Part shown: positions 1-16,013 of the stretch, piece by piece
How positions within the stretch are numbered: the stretch's first letter is position 1
How the letters are laid out: every line of letters starts with the position of its first letter
The notes under the pieces: model-generated
The model's input: only the letters and a program-made list of their open reading frames with translations
What the model was told of the DNA's origin: nothing
The model's database searches: none
Translations under genes and position numbers: made by a program
Assembly (NCBI RefSeq): GCF_009914755.1
Contig: NC_060947.1
Length of the DNA stretch: 64,000 bases
Direction: 5' to 3' (one strand)
Source: the human T2T-CHM13v2.0 reference genome, Homo sapiens

Positions 1-224
1 AAATTGCCAAGTTACAAATATATCACTACAGTCCTATATGTGCAAAGGGGTGCTGCATGAAGATTTGGGCCTGTATTGAAGACTTTTGGAATGTGAGATT
101 AAATAATTTTACTTGAAAAGTTTGTTGTTATTCATAGTTTTCCTGCTCTGATATACCGTTTGAGTATTGGTAGGTGTGCGTGCTGCATGGAGTGTGGGGA
201 GAAGGTAAGAAGTTGTCAGATTAG

Positions 225-700
<476 letters not shown>

Positions 701-807
701 TTGAAAATTGGAAAACTGGACAAATATAGAAATTTTTTTTTCTGAAGGCTCTGTGGAAGATGTGAATGTATCTCTAGGATATGTTCTCTTTCTAAATAGC
801 TAAATGA

Positions 808-1174
<367 letters not shown>

Positions 1175-1509
1175 GACAGGTTTTCTTCTTATGTGTGCTT
1201 TTCCACCCTCAGTGCATGTCCTTGTCTTACTTTTTGACTCTTGTCTGCTCTAAGCCTTCCATTTTAAGATCTGATCTCTTCCCCTATTGCTTTAATGTAG
1301 CTCCTCTGTCATTAGCGGTTTCTACTACAAATAAGTTGGGTATGCTTGGTAAGAACCAGCTCTGTTCATTCCATTCATTCTAAGTTGTATGATATTCAGC
1401 TGGCGGGAAGTTCACCACTTCAAATAGATTGAAATGCACAACATTTTGATTGTACTACTCTGTGAAAATAGTCTTATTTACCAAGCATTTACTTTTATTC
1501 CTGGCACTA

Positions 1510-1780
1510 ATTGCTTTCAATCATAAGTAACAGACAGCCCAACTCAAACTGGCTTAAACAATAAAATATGCTGATTCATGTAACCAAAAAGCCTAGTAAT
1601 TATGTAGACTTCAGGTAAGGGCTGATCCAGCAACTGAACCATGTCATTAAGGATCACATTTTTTTTTTCTTTCTCTCTCTACTCTGACATCCACCATGTC
1701 GTATTTCCTTCTAAGTCTGTTTGGTCATGAGATTGTTGCTAATAACCAGAATTTATACTTCCTCATTCATATCTAGCAAG
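1510..1780. mobile_element. Old MaLR LTR remnant (MLT1-like)
   Basis: taacaga...aactcaaactggcttaaacaa...ttcaggtaagggctgatccagc motifs typical of old MLT1 LTRs. Confidence 0.5.
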
Positions 1781-1836
1781 AGGCATTGTGTTAGACACAA
1801 GGGATACAGAAGTACAAAGATTAATAAGGTCCCCTA

Positions 1837-2081
1837 GGCTGGGCGGGGTGGCTCATGCCTGTAATGCTAGCACTTTGGGAGCCTGAGGTGGGTGGATCAC
1901 CTGAGGTCAGGAGCTCAAGACCAGCCTGGACAATATGGTGAAACCCTGTCTCTACTAAAAATACAAAAGTTAGTCTGGCGTGGTGGCGGGAGCCTGTAAT
2001 CCCAGCTACTGGGAGGTTGCAGTGAGCCGAAATCGCTCCACTGCACTCCAGCCTGCGTGACAGAGCGAGACTCTGTCTCAA

Positions 2082-2126
<45 letters not shown>
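1837..2126 (+). mobile_element. Alu with right-arm internal deletion and (AAT)n tail
   Basis: Alu body; TSD aataa(g/t)gtccccta; tail converted to about 14 AAT units (2083-2126). Confidence 0.95.
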
Positions 2127-2127
<1 letters not shown>

Positions 2128-2204
2128 TCCCCTAGACTATCCTCATGGAAATTACAATCTGCATCTTATGAGTGTTCCCATAGGTATTGTAATCAATACT
2201 CTAG

Positions 2205-2533
2205 AACTGTCCTGCTCAGCATGGTAGCCGCTAGCCACTGTGGCTTTTGGGTACCTGAAAATATGGCTAGGTGGAATTGAGGTGTGATGTAAGTGTAAAA
2301 TATACACCAAATTTTAAATACTTCATTTTAAAAAATGAAAGCACTCTCATTAATTGATAGTTTCATTTATAATCAGTAATTGCATGTAGAAATAATATTT
2401 TGAGTTATATTAAGGCAAATAGGATATACCATTAAACATCTCACCTGTTTCTTTTTACTTATTTAAATTTAGCTACAAGAAAATTAAAAATTACGTATGT
2501 GGTTTGGGTAATATTTCTACCAGACAGCATTGC
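2205..2533 (-). mobile_element. hAT-Charlie non-autonomous DNA transposon (MER33-like)
   Basis: atggtagccgctagccactgtggc...atatttctaccagacagcattg, flanked by the hAT-type target site ctctaga on both sides. Confidence 0.75.
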
Positions 2534-2642
2534 TCTAGAGCCCTGAACAGGCTATTAGCAAGGTGAAATATCTGGGAATAACTCAAATGGATTTCAGTGC
2601 TAGAGAAAGCTCAGAGAACACCTTTATTTAAAATAGTCCTCT

Positions 2643-2929
2643 GGCTGGGTGCCGTGGCTCACGGCTGTAATCCTAGCACTTTGAGAGGTCAAGGTGGGCA
2701 GATCACTTGAAGCCAGGAGTTTGAGACCAGCCTGGCCAACAGAATAAAAAACAACAACAAAAATTAGCCAGACCTGGTGGCATGTATCTGTAGTCCCAGC
2801 TACTCAGGAGCTGAGGTGGGAGGATCACTTGAGCTGGGGAGGCCAAGGTTGCAGTGAGCCAAGACTGCACAACTGCACTTCATCCAGGGCAACAGAGCGA
2901 GACTCGATCTCAAAGAAAAAAAAAAGAAA
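2643..2929 (+). mobile_element. Alu (AluJ-like)
   Basis: Diverged dimeric Alu with A tail. Confidence 0.9.
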
Positions 2930-3039
2930 GTCCCCTACCCAATCTCCAATCCCTTTGTATTTGTGTCCTTTGTGGTCCTTATAACCATCTGAAATGATGT
3001 CATTTGTGTACATGCTTGCTGTTCTTCTCACTTACACCC

Positions 3040-3170
3040 ATCCCCGCTCCTGTAGATGTTAAACTCCATGAGAACCAGCCCCTTGTCCATTTTGGGTGTC
3101 ACTGTGACCGCAGCACCAAGCATAGTGCCTGCCATAGGAGGTGCTCAGTAAATACTTCCTAAAGAAAGGA
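3040..3170 (+). mobile_element. L2 3' end fragment
   Basis: aaactccatgag...catagtgcctgccataggaggtgctcagtaaatac. Confidence 0.65.
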
Positions 3171-3519
3171 AGAAAAGAATGTGCCCTCTGTGGTTGGCTG
3201 AGTGCAGTTGTGGGGGCAGCTGACTGGGTAGGGAGGAGTGGCTTTTTCTTCTCCGTTTCACTCCATCTCCTCCTGTGCCCACAGTCCCAGAAGACTCTTG
3301 AGATGCAACTGGGGCTTGCCCCTGAAAGGAGGGGAAGCAAAATCATCAGTCATTTTCCATTTGTGTTCTGGGCCTCAGGAAGGCAGGACAGGGACGTGGG
3401 CAATGAGACAGGCCTGGGCCCTTCTAAGACTCCCTGTTGGTGGGATCTGATGCAAGTTACAGACAAGAAAAATAACTTGCAGGTGGTTCAAGTTTGGGTT
3501 CTGAGAAAAGAAAAAAAAA

Positions 3520-3740
3520 AAGGGATTCTGCCACTTATCAGCTGTGTGGCCATGGGCAAACTACTTCTTTCTGAGCCTCCGTTTCTTATCTGGTGATACT
3601 GTTGGACAAATCCAATGAGATGCGTAGAAAGTCTTCTACACATGGTTCAATAAATGGAATCCGTTGCTACTGTTAATTTCACAAGGATTAATGTTTTAAA
3701 AGCACTTGGCACATAGTAGATGCTTAAGAAATGTTCTGCA
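3520..3740 (+). mobile_element. MIR fragment(s)
   Basis: ctgccacttatcagctgtgtggccatgggcaaactactt...ctgagcctccgtttcttatctg MIR core. Confidence 0.7.
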
Positions 3741-4090
3741 GCCAAATAAAAATAACTTAGAAGAAGACCTTGACATCACTATTAAAATAAAATATTGTGA
3801 TCTAGTTTTTTTTCTCAAACTCCCCACATGCCTGTAAATAAGGAAGCTGGTTCTGAAAGAGGCAAGGCTGGAGATAAAAAACAGCAGATGAGGACATTTG
3901 TACGTAATCCCAACTTGCATTGCCAGACCTTGGTCATGACCCTAAACCCTGGACGGTTTTGATAATCTAATTGTCAGATAACACATTCATTGGAGGCCAT
4001 GTGATTTTTAAATCACTCCCACAGGAAGAGAAAGAAGAGGAAAAGGGAATTGGTAAAAATAAGAATAACTATCCTCTTACGCCGCTCTAG

Positions 4091-4968
<878 letters not shown>

Positions 4969-5331
4969 GTATGTAAGGATTGCTAGAGCAAGATTCAAGA
5001 AGGCAGTTTTATTTAGCTCCAGCCTCTTGATCCATCTTAATTCAGGTGCTTGGAGTGGCATTGACTATTACGTGGCCTCATGGGTCCACTCATGCCCAAA
5101 TCTTTGAGTACTTCACTGTCTAGACTCCCGGGGTAATGAGCATGTTACTGACAGTTAATATGTGTTTATGAGGATATTAGATGAAACTGGAGTTTGTACC
5201 AGTACCAACCCTTGAACTGATTAAATGCAGTCTTTATGATTGTCTATGCCTTGGAACCTGTATATTTTCAGGTGAAATTACTAAGGCTTGCCATGTGCTT
5301 ATCATGAAAGCAGGGCATTAAAGGTCAATTC

Positions 5332-5495
5332 TGGGCCTGGCAGTGTACATCTGTAGTCCCAGCTACTCAGGAAGTTGGAGAGGGAAGAATGCTTGAGCCC
5401 AGGAATTCAAGGCTGTAGTAAGCTAAGATTGTGCCACTGCACTCCAGCCTGGGTGAGAGAGCAAAGCCCTGTCTCAAAAAAAAAAAAAAAAAAAA
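5332..5495 (+). mobile_element. Alu monomer (FRAM/FAM-like)
   Basis: Single right-arm-type monomer with poly(A); TSD aa(g/a)gtcaattct. Confidence 0.85.
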
Positions 5496-6959
5496 GTCAA
5501 TTCTTATTCGAAGTGATATAGCTTTTATGAACAGTGCAAATGATTGGAAATAGTAATACACCAAGTAGAGTGTTTATCCATAAGCAGATACTACATGGTG
5601 TACAACAGAGCTAGCTTGTTATTCAATGTTGAAGACAGGGGCTGTTGATTGAACTTAGAAGGGTGGGGAGTAAGGGAGTAGGGGAACTGCAAACCTGGAG
5701 GTGCTGGGAGCTAAGTCCTAAGGGTCAGATCCAATATATATAGCTTGGCTTTGTTGGAAGGAAGGAATGAACAGGGCCTTTGGTGAGAGATGACAGGAGA
5801 TAAGAGATGTTGAAATCCATTGGTGAGATTTTTGACTTGCAGCAGGGAATGCTAAGGTTTCTGAGAAGTGGAGCAATAGCCTGCAAAATGCTATGCATGG
5901 GAATATTGGCTGAAAAAAATGAATGGGAAAGCAGACAAGGGGGCATTTTTGTAGCATAAATATTGCCACACATTATGAAAAGTTTCCTGTGAGTTAGCTT
6001 GAATGTTGTAGGAGGAAAGAAACATTTCACTTTAGAAGATTGTGGGCTAAATTTAGGTTCCTTTGACTAAATATAAGTTCCTCAGCATGACTAATAACAC
6101 AGGATATGTGCATCCTGAGAAAGACGTATACACCCACAATGACACTTTTCCACCTGCCCACACCCAGGTCCTGTTTTACAAGGTTGGTATGTTTAAGTGT
6201 ATTTTACTTTGCAGTTGTTCAGAAGGATTGCATATTTTTGAAAAACTACTTCCTGAAAGAGGATGACTGTTTGGAAAGGAAAGAAAAATCCTAGCTGGCT
6301 TTGGTGGTAACAGTTGGGAGGCATACCCACGTGAGCTTTGGTGGTAACAATTCCTGAAGCTTCTCCAAGGGTCCACGTGTTCCTGCTGTTGGTTGCCAGA
6401 AGCCAGAATAATAATGGAGCTGAGAATATGGGATTTTTGTGAGAAATTCCAGGGGCATTCAGATTTCACAGCAGAAGCAGATGACTCAGATGTCCTGCGC
6501 CTTAGAGAGATGCGTGAATCCCTTACCTTTACCATACTCTGAATTGGTCAACGGCAGAATGGAAGCCCTACAAAAATTGAAAAGTTGGTTGCATGCTAAC
6601 ATTCATAGTGGAACTGAGTTGAAAATTTTATCCTTGTATTTCCAGACTCTCTGATTAGATTGTTTTAGCTATGCTCTCACCCCCAATTCTGAGAACTTTT
6701 CAACTGTGACTGAGGTGTGGATGGGTCAAGCATCTTTACAATGTGACAAAATCCCCATTTCTCCTCTGATTTACTACTAATGGGGAGATAATTCATTACT
6801 GTGAAGTGAGCCTTTAATAGATTAAAAAAGTTGTAAGAATATGTCACATAGGGCAGGACCTAACAGGGCTGGGCACTTTATTGAGGTGACCTTATTTAAT
6901 AATATCATTAGTTATCATTTATTGGACTCTGAACTGAGCTCCCAACACGGAAGATGTAA

Positions 6960-7154
6960 GATTTATCTGCATTTTACAGATGAGAAGACAGAGGCACCAA
7001 GCAGTATAACTAGCCCAAGGTCACACGGCTGATATGCAATGGAGCCAGGATTAGATTTGGGCCATTTGACCTTTACTGCCTGGTAAAAGCCCTGAAAACT
7101 AGGAAGGTGATATTATTCCTGTTTTACGATTGGGCAAACTGTGGCTTAGAGAGG
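6960..7154 (-). mobile_element. MIR fragments; the second is interrupted by the THE1/MST LTR and resumes at about 7567-7605
   Basis: attttacagatgagaagacagaggc; aaactgtggcttagagagg|LTR|acaggttaagtaatttaccc. Confidence 0.7.
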
Positions 7155-7566
7155 TGTATTAGTCTGTTTTCACACTGCTATAAAGAAATACCTGTGACTG
7201 GGTAACTTGTAAAGGAAAGAGGTTTAATTGACTCACAGTTCTGCATGGCTAGGGAGGCCTCAGGAAACTGAAAATCATGGCGGAAGGGGAAGGAGGCATG
7301 TCTTACATGGCAGCAGGTGAGAGAGAGTGAGCAAGAGCAGGGCAAACTGCCTTATAAAACCATCAAATCTCTTGAGAACTCATTCACTATCACGAGAACA
7401 GCATGGGGGAAGAATGCCCCCATGATCTAATCACCTCCCATGACGTTCTTCCCTCAACACGTGGGGATTATGGGGATTACAATTTGAGAATTCTGCCACT
7501 GAACCACCCATGCGGGGATTAGAATTTGAGATGAGATTTGGGTGGAGACAGAGCCAAACCATAACA
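7155..7566 (-). mobile_element. MaLR solo LTR (THE1D/MSTA-like)
   Basis: tgtattagtctgttttcacactgctataaag...gagccaaaccataaca termini; 5-bp TSD agagg/acagg. Confidence 0.9.
7486..7513 (-). pseudogene. 5' fragment (nt 1-28) of tRNA-Gly-GCC; tailless retropseudogene-like insertion
   Basis: Minus strand reads GCATGGGTGGTTCAGTGGCAGAATTCTC, 27/28 identical to the tRNA-Gly-GCC 5' end as recalled; flanked by an 18-bp duplication. Confidence 0.88.
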
Positions 7567-7627
7567 ACAGGTTAAGTAATTTACCCATATTCACACAATT
7601 AGAGACCTATAAAGATACCTTCCAGAG

Positions 7628-7945
7628 TAGTATTGTCCGATAGAAATATAATGTGAGTCACAAATGCAAGTCACATGTGATTTTATGTTTTCTAGGAGCC
7701 ACACTTTAAAAAGTAAACGTGTCAGCAGTTGGGATGATATATTTTATCTACCCCAATATATCCAAAATACTGTTATTTCTACATGTAATCAATGTAGAAA
7801 ACTTACCCATGAGGCATTTTCTCTTTTTTCTTTCTTACTAAGTCTTTCAAATGTGGTGCATATCTTAAACTTGCAACCCTTCTCCATTTGGACCAGCCAC
7901 ATTGCAATACCCAGTAGCCTCGTGGGACTACTGAAAAGTACAATT
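7628..7945 (+). mobile_element. hAT-Charlie MER33-like
   Basis: ttgtccgatagaaatataatgtgagtcaca...ccacattgcaatacccagtagcc. Confidence 0.7.
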
Positions 7946-7950
7946 CTAGA

Positions 7951-8450
<500 letters not shown>

Positions 8451-9469
8451 GTAGCCTTTGTACATTAGAGAAGTTTCTGTGAGTTTTCTGAGATGAGAAC
8501 CATTCAGAATGACTGCTCTGGCAGTATGCTTTGCTAGTTGACATTAATGAATGCCAAGCAATGCCCAACTAATTTATTAATTTCTCTCCATTTACATTTC
8601 CCAACATGTTGACCAAGTCTCCAGAATAATATAAGAAAAGAGATTTTCTTTCTCTTGCTGATTTACACATTGGTCTGGATACATACCAGTGAAAGTAAAT
8701 TCAGACATAAAATTCTACTCTTTTAATTGAGGTCAAAGGTGTTGGTGTCAGCCTGGAATCTCTGAGCTGTGGAGAAGAGGAAGTTGGGGTTTGAAAGCTG
8801 CAGGTGGCTGCCAGAATGAGACAAGTCTAGTGGGGAATGCGTGGGAGGTGCTGGGTGAAGAAAGGAGGCAATTGTGTTTCGCCTGAGGTCTGAAGGCTGC
8901 ACAGCCCGCTGTGTCTCAGGACGTTCACAAAGCTGCCCTCACCAGAAGCGTCGCGTCCACCTTCCCACTGGACCAAATTTTTGATTCTGCCCCTGAACCC
9001 TGGATATGAAACCCAATACTGAAGAATTAAAATGTCTCATCTCACCCGGAGGTTCAGTTGTCCTTAAAATGCTTTTGGAGTCATTTGGAATAATTTCTAT
9101 ATTGGCTTCTTTCATTTAAATCCAAATATAGCTTCAGTATTTCTGACATATTTATTACTTTCCAGAATGGAAATACTAGTTCTTCTGAAGTGGTAGCTAT
9201 TTAGTTATAGTCAATTTTGTTAGTTATGTTTATTTGACTTCAAATTAAGCCAGAGAATATGCAAACACTGCAGTGTCTTCCACAGCCTTACCAAAATGAA
9301 TACCATATTTCATCAAATCAAAAATATTGTCAACTGTAAGATGCACCATTGTTTCACATGAGCTAAGAAAGAGTAAGCTATTACATGACGCTTTTTTATC
9401 ACTTGGAATTTTATTTTGTGTTCATTGAAGTTCTTTTAGCCTGACTTAGACATAACTGTTTAAAAATAT

Positions 9470-9860
9470 TTTAACTTTTATTATAGGTTTAGGGGTACAT
9501 ATGCAGGTTTGTTACGTAGGTAAACTTGTGACTTGGGGGTTTGGTGTACAGATTATTTAGTCACTAGACACTAAGCATAGTACCTGATGTTTGTTTTTTT
9601 TCTGAACCTCTCCCCTCTTCCCACCCTCCACCCTCAAGTAGGCCCCAGTATCTGTTGTTCCCCTCTTTCTGTCCATGTGTTCTCTCATTATTTAGCTCGC
9701 ATTTATAAGTGAGAGCATGCAGTATTTGGTTTTCTGTTCCTGCATTAGTTTGTTGAGAATAATGGCCTCCAGCTCCATCTATGTTCCTGCAAAGGATGAT
9801 CTCATTCTTTTTTATGGCTGCATAGTATTCCGTGGTATGTGTACCACGTTTTCTTTATGT
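9470..9860 (-). mobile_element. L1PA (older primate, about PA13-16) 3' UTR fragment, followed by a short MER5 piece
   Basis: ggggtacatatgcaggtttgttac...ataagtgagagcatgcagtatttggttttctgttcctgcattagtttg. Confidence 0.85.
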
Positions 9861-10689
9861 AGTTCCAGAAAGTTCTCAGGCGATGCCCATGCTGCTGGTT
9901 TGGGGACCACACATTCAATAGCTAGGCTTTAGTGTGTCTAAGGACATAGTATGTCACTGAAGAAATTCAGTACCTCTCCAGGGTACATGGATGTTTTAAT
10001 TTTTCTTCCATTTGTATTATTATTTTGATGAAAATGTATATATTGCAAATTTGTTTGCCTTGCATTGGGTAAATGCAAAGGAAGAAAGCAGGAATTTTGT
10101 ATGTCTGATCTTATGGTACAGGGAGAGAGATTTTTTTCCCCTTAATTTGTTTCATGAAAGATTTGTTCATTTCCTTTTCCTTTGCTTTCTTTATCCAACT
10201 TGGGAAACTTGAATTTATTAGGAAATCTGCATGTAATTGCAGATTAATAACCTACCCATTAATACCACATTAGTTCATCATGATTAATAGCATCTATGTG
10301 AATACTTAATGAATTTGTAATGATGGACTATTTGCTTTAAAGCGTCAAGAGAACATTCCATGTAAAAAGGCACTACCCGTAACAGGAAAATTAATTATAT
10401 GCTGGTTGGATAATAGCTTGTCACAAAGAAGATATGTTTGTTTGGAAAGCCTCATTGGTATTGATATTTGCAGTGAGAGGTACTTTTTTTAAAACATTCA
10501 TGAACCTTTTAATTTGTAAAATGAGAAGGAAATTTTATTTTCATGAACAGTTAAAATAGGTGTAGGGACTGATATTTATGAAAGAGAGCAGCACAAACAC
10601 AAATATGTGCTAATATACTCATAAGTTTACCTATGTCACTAGGCAGAAAGACTTCCTATAGTGGCCATTTAGATTAAGTTCCGAATTGA

Positions 10690-11046
<357 letters not shown>

Positions 11047-12284
11047 GGCCCAAGCATTTCTTGATACTCATTTTATTTCTTCAGAGAATCATTTGTTTTC
11101 TCTACTGTCTTCACTCTAATTCTGTGATGTCAGCAGTCATCATTGTTTATTTCTGTCTTTGCCCTATATCTGAGGAAGTGAAGGTCAAGAAGATTATGTG
11201 ACTTGCCCAAACCAATCCAGCCATATAATTTGTTCGCCACAGATTATGGGTCTCTCATTTCAAATGTCTCCAGTTTTAACCCCGGCGGAAAGAGTTGCAA
11301 GCGCAGAGACTCTGTCCAGCTGGTGCCTTTGAGGAAACCCAAGAAGCCCAGTGTGATTGGAGCTCTGAGTTGGAAGGGAAGAGGCATAAATGATAAAACT
11401 GAGGAGAAAGGCGGGGGCCAGAGCATACAGGCTTTGTAGGCCGTGTAAAGATTTTAGACTCTATCCTAGGGCAATGGGAAGGCGTTTGTAAATGTCATGT
11501 TGAGGGATGTAATGAGCGATATGTTTTGCCAGAGCTTGCTGCTGTCTGTGGAGAGTGGCTTGGAGGAGGTAGCTGACAAATGGCGACCAATTCATGCTTT
11601 ACAGGCCCCATCATGTTGATCTATTTTCTAGTCTGGTATCCAAACGAAGGTGGAGTTTGACTTCCTTGTTACAGAAAATACCAAGGCATGATTGTTTATC
11701 CTTTTCTCTATTTTCTCCTTAGGTCAACATGAAAGATCATTGCTTCTTCTTTGTTGCCCTTGATTTCTTTGAACTTAGGAAGGTATTTTGTCAAGCACCC
11801 CCACTCATGGGGCAAAATCTGCCAGGGAAGTCATGGCAGCTACTGGTGGGCATGGTAGTTAGTACTCGTTCTACCAGCACTTTTGCCCCTTTGGGTTCAC
11901 TGCTTGTGCCAAAGGTGCTGTTGCTTCCCCCCTTTTGGGGGAGAGGATTCTGGATAGAGAAGGAAAGAAAGCCTTACCCCTAATCACTCACTGTCGGAAA
12001 CCCAGTTCTGGAGGAGCAGTCTCCCTCGACCACACATTGTGGTTTGAACAGCCAGGAATAGAACCCCTCCTTCTCTCACCTCCTCATAGAAGGTGGGAGT
12101 GAAAACAGGGGTTAGTTGGGAAGTGGCTTTTTAAACCTATGTTTACAGTGTTTTGATGTCACTTTCATAGACGAGGGAGGAATTGTCTGAAGCTCAGATT
12201 TTTTAGGATTTCAGGGATGTGATGTTTATCTCTCTCTTCCTCTCTTGAGGATGTGGTATAAACTGGAATTGAAAATAGATACCC

Positions 12285-12609
<325 letters not shown>

Positions 12610-12997
12610 TCACTTTGAGAGTCTTTCTGGCATAGTGCTAATATTTTTTTCCACTCTTGAATCTGTGAATCAACCCTCACATCAAACCCCTATTGCATTT
12701 TATGTTTAAGAAGGGAACTTTTTAAAGCTGAGGTTGGCAGAACTGAGAAACTTAGACCTAAATGGGCCTATGCAAGGAGGGTGTTTCCAAAACAAAACAA
12801 AGTGTTTAGTGTCCTCCTTGAAGAATGTTGACACTGAGTTAAAATGGAGCTGCAGAGTGAGGAAATCAGTAAAGACAGGACAAAAGTTCCTTTTTTGATT
12901 TGAGGTAGGGTAGGAAAGGCAGAGGTGGGATTCTGGGCTGGTGATGTTTCCAGGGATTGCAGGCATCAAGAAAGACCGGTGAGTGCTGTTGGTTTAA

Positions 12998-13512
<515 letters not shown>

Positions 13513-13854
13513 CTTAGACTAGAGCAAAATGTGAGGTCAAGCCTTGAGGACCAGCCAACTTTGTTCTGTTCTAACCTCACCAGGCCTCCTACCTCTGGTT
13601 AGGTGCCCCAGGAGTCTGTGTCCCTGGTCAAAAATAGGGTGACAGGGCAAAGGGAGTAGATGGCTCATCACAAAGACATTGCACCACTGCAAAAAGAAGT
13701 TATGATGTAACCAGGGAAGGTCTTTCCTTCAGTTATGGTGGAGAGATCTGTCAGGGAATTCCATGAGGGCATAGCTGCCTCTCATTTAGCCACTGGGGGC
13801 CCATTCTCTCACAGGAAAGCAACTTGCAGAATTTTTCTGGGTATCTGATGTTTG

Positions 13855-14050
13855 AATTAACAGGAGTCAGAGACCTGAGTCCAAATCCTAGCTCTAACCT
13901 TTACTAACTGAGTCTCCTTGGACAAGTTCTTATAGTTTTCTTGCCTGCACAATGGAGTTATGATATATGTTTCTTAGGATTGCTGGGCAGGTTAATTGAG
14001 GTTATGTATTAATACAATACATCTGGCACAGAGCAGGTGCTTAAAAAATG
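13855..14050 (+). mobile_element. MIR
   Basis: ggagtcagagacctgagtccaaatcctagctct...ccttggacaagtt...tggcacagagcaggtgctt. Confidence 0.7.
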
Positions 14051-14171
14051 AACACTGTCGTTACTGGTCCTTGGATGTCTTAGGATTGTTCAGGAACGAC
14101 CATTGCAGGGAGTATATAAACATACACGGCTTTTTCCTTGTAACGTTAAGATGGATAAAATAGGAGGCAGA

Positions 14172-14528
<357 letters not shown>

Positions 14529-15720
14529 TTATTTTAAACCTCAAGTTTGGCACAGACCTTACATGGAATTATCTGCTAAGATACAAAATATCTAAATAGG
14601 AAAGCTATTTATATTGAGTTAAAACATAAGATTGGCAGATTCATTGTAATGCTATGCTATCAAAGAATAATGCTAAAATTGAAATTATTTTGAAGTATAA
14701 CCTTGATAATAAGTATAATTCTTATAAATTCACTTATAAGTGAACATAATAAAAGAGTTATCTTCTGTTAGAGTTTTGTAGTATCTGGCAATTTTATATA
14801 ATTAATTTCATTATGGACAAGGAGGTCTTTTGTGTTAACAGGGACATTTTTGTGTTATTTGGTAACCCATGATTTAGAATGATTTAGAGGATTTTAATCC
14901 CCTTAAAATCATCTCTGCACCTTTTTCTTAAGCTGATGCTAACCAACAATTATCATTTATAAGATCATAAAAAATGAACAGAGAAAATAATTCTGACAGC
15001 TTCTATCCCTATATTTAGGTGGGAGTTTTCTAGAGGAATGAGAAAGATCAGCTCCTATTGGCTTTTCAGTATGTCATACAGATTCAGTTAATCCCATGCT
15101 TGACTGGCCGTGAGGCTGAGGAACTGCCAAGCTGAGTGTCACACAATTCGTGTGAAAATATATGAGAGTTACGGGATCCACGGACCATGACTTAGTTAAC
15201 TTGAATTTTATTTTTTAATGAGAATAACAATAAGCTTTGCAAGCTTATTTAGAGTCTGCAGCTTTAAGTGCATAAGGGTTTAATACCTTTAATACCCATG
15301 CAGTGTGAGTTAGAAAAATGAAAATTTTCAGTATAGTAAATAAACTGAGGAGCCTGGAAACCAAATTGAAATCTGTAGCCTAGAAAATCAACAAGAGCTA
15401 AAAATAGTAGGATTAGAGGCAGCATTCAACCATAGACCATCCAAAGGTAGTTTTTAAGTACCACCAAAGGAGAAAGCAGGCCATTCTATAATAAGTTTTA
15501 AAAAAAATCTAGGTCTAGAGAACATTCTGTTCATTATGTAGATGTGGAAGCTTAAAGTATAGATTTGGTTTTCCAGAGTTTTAATTTTTCATGTTCTTTT
15601 TTTCACCAGAATCAGAGGGCACTCCCTCTGATTTCCAAAAGAGAAATGTTACCACAATCTGCATGAAATTGAGAATTTACCTTGCTGACACTGACGTGAA
15701 GATTTTAGAATGCAGTTGCT

Positions 15721-16013
15721 GGCCAGGTGTAGTGGCTCATGCCTGTAATCCCAGCACTATGGGAGGCTGAGTTAGGAGGATCACTTGAGACTAGGAATTG
15801 AAGACCAGCCTGGGCAATATAGCGAGACCCCATCTCTACAAAAATAAAAATAAAACAATTAGCCACGGTGTGGTGGTGTGCACCTGTAGTCCTAGCTACT
15901 TGGGAGGCTGAGGTGAGAGGATGGCTTGGGCCCAGGAGGTTGAGGATTCAGTGAGCTGTGATTATGCCTCTGTTCTCCAGTCTGGGTGACAGCACAAGAC
16001 CCTGTCTCTAAAA
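15721..16013 (+). mobile_element. Alu (AluJ-like)
   Basis: Diverged dimeric Alu. Confidence 0.9.

Noticed and set aside
7486-7513. A functional tRNA gene or an LTR primer-binding site
   Set aside because: Only nt 1-28 are present, with no anticodon arm or B box. A PBS matches the tRNA 3' end and lies outside the LTR.
8740-9000. Locally GC/CpG-enriched unique segment, and scattered RUNX-like TGTGGT motifs elsewhere, as bone enhancers
   Set aside because: Not a CpG island, and short motifs occur by chance; needs chromatin or conservation data.
14729-14744. Perfect 16-bp palindrome ttcacttataagtgaa
   Set aside because: About one such palindrome is expected by chance in 64 kb (64000 x 4^-8), more in AT-rich DNA.
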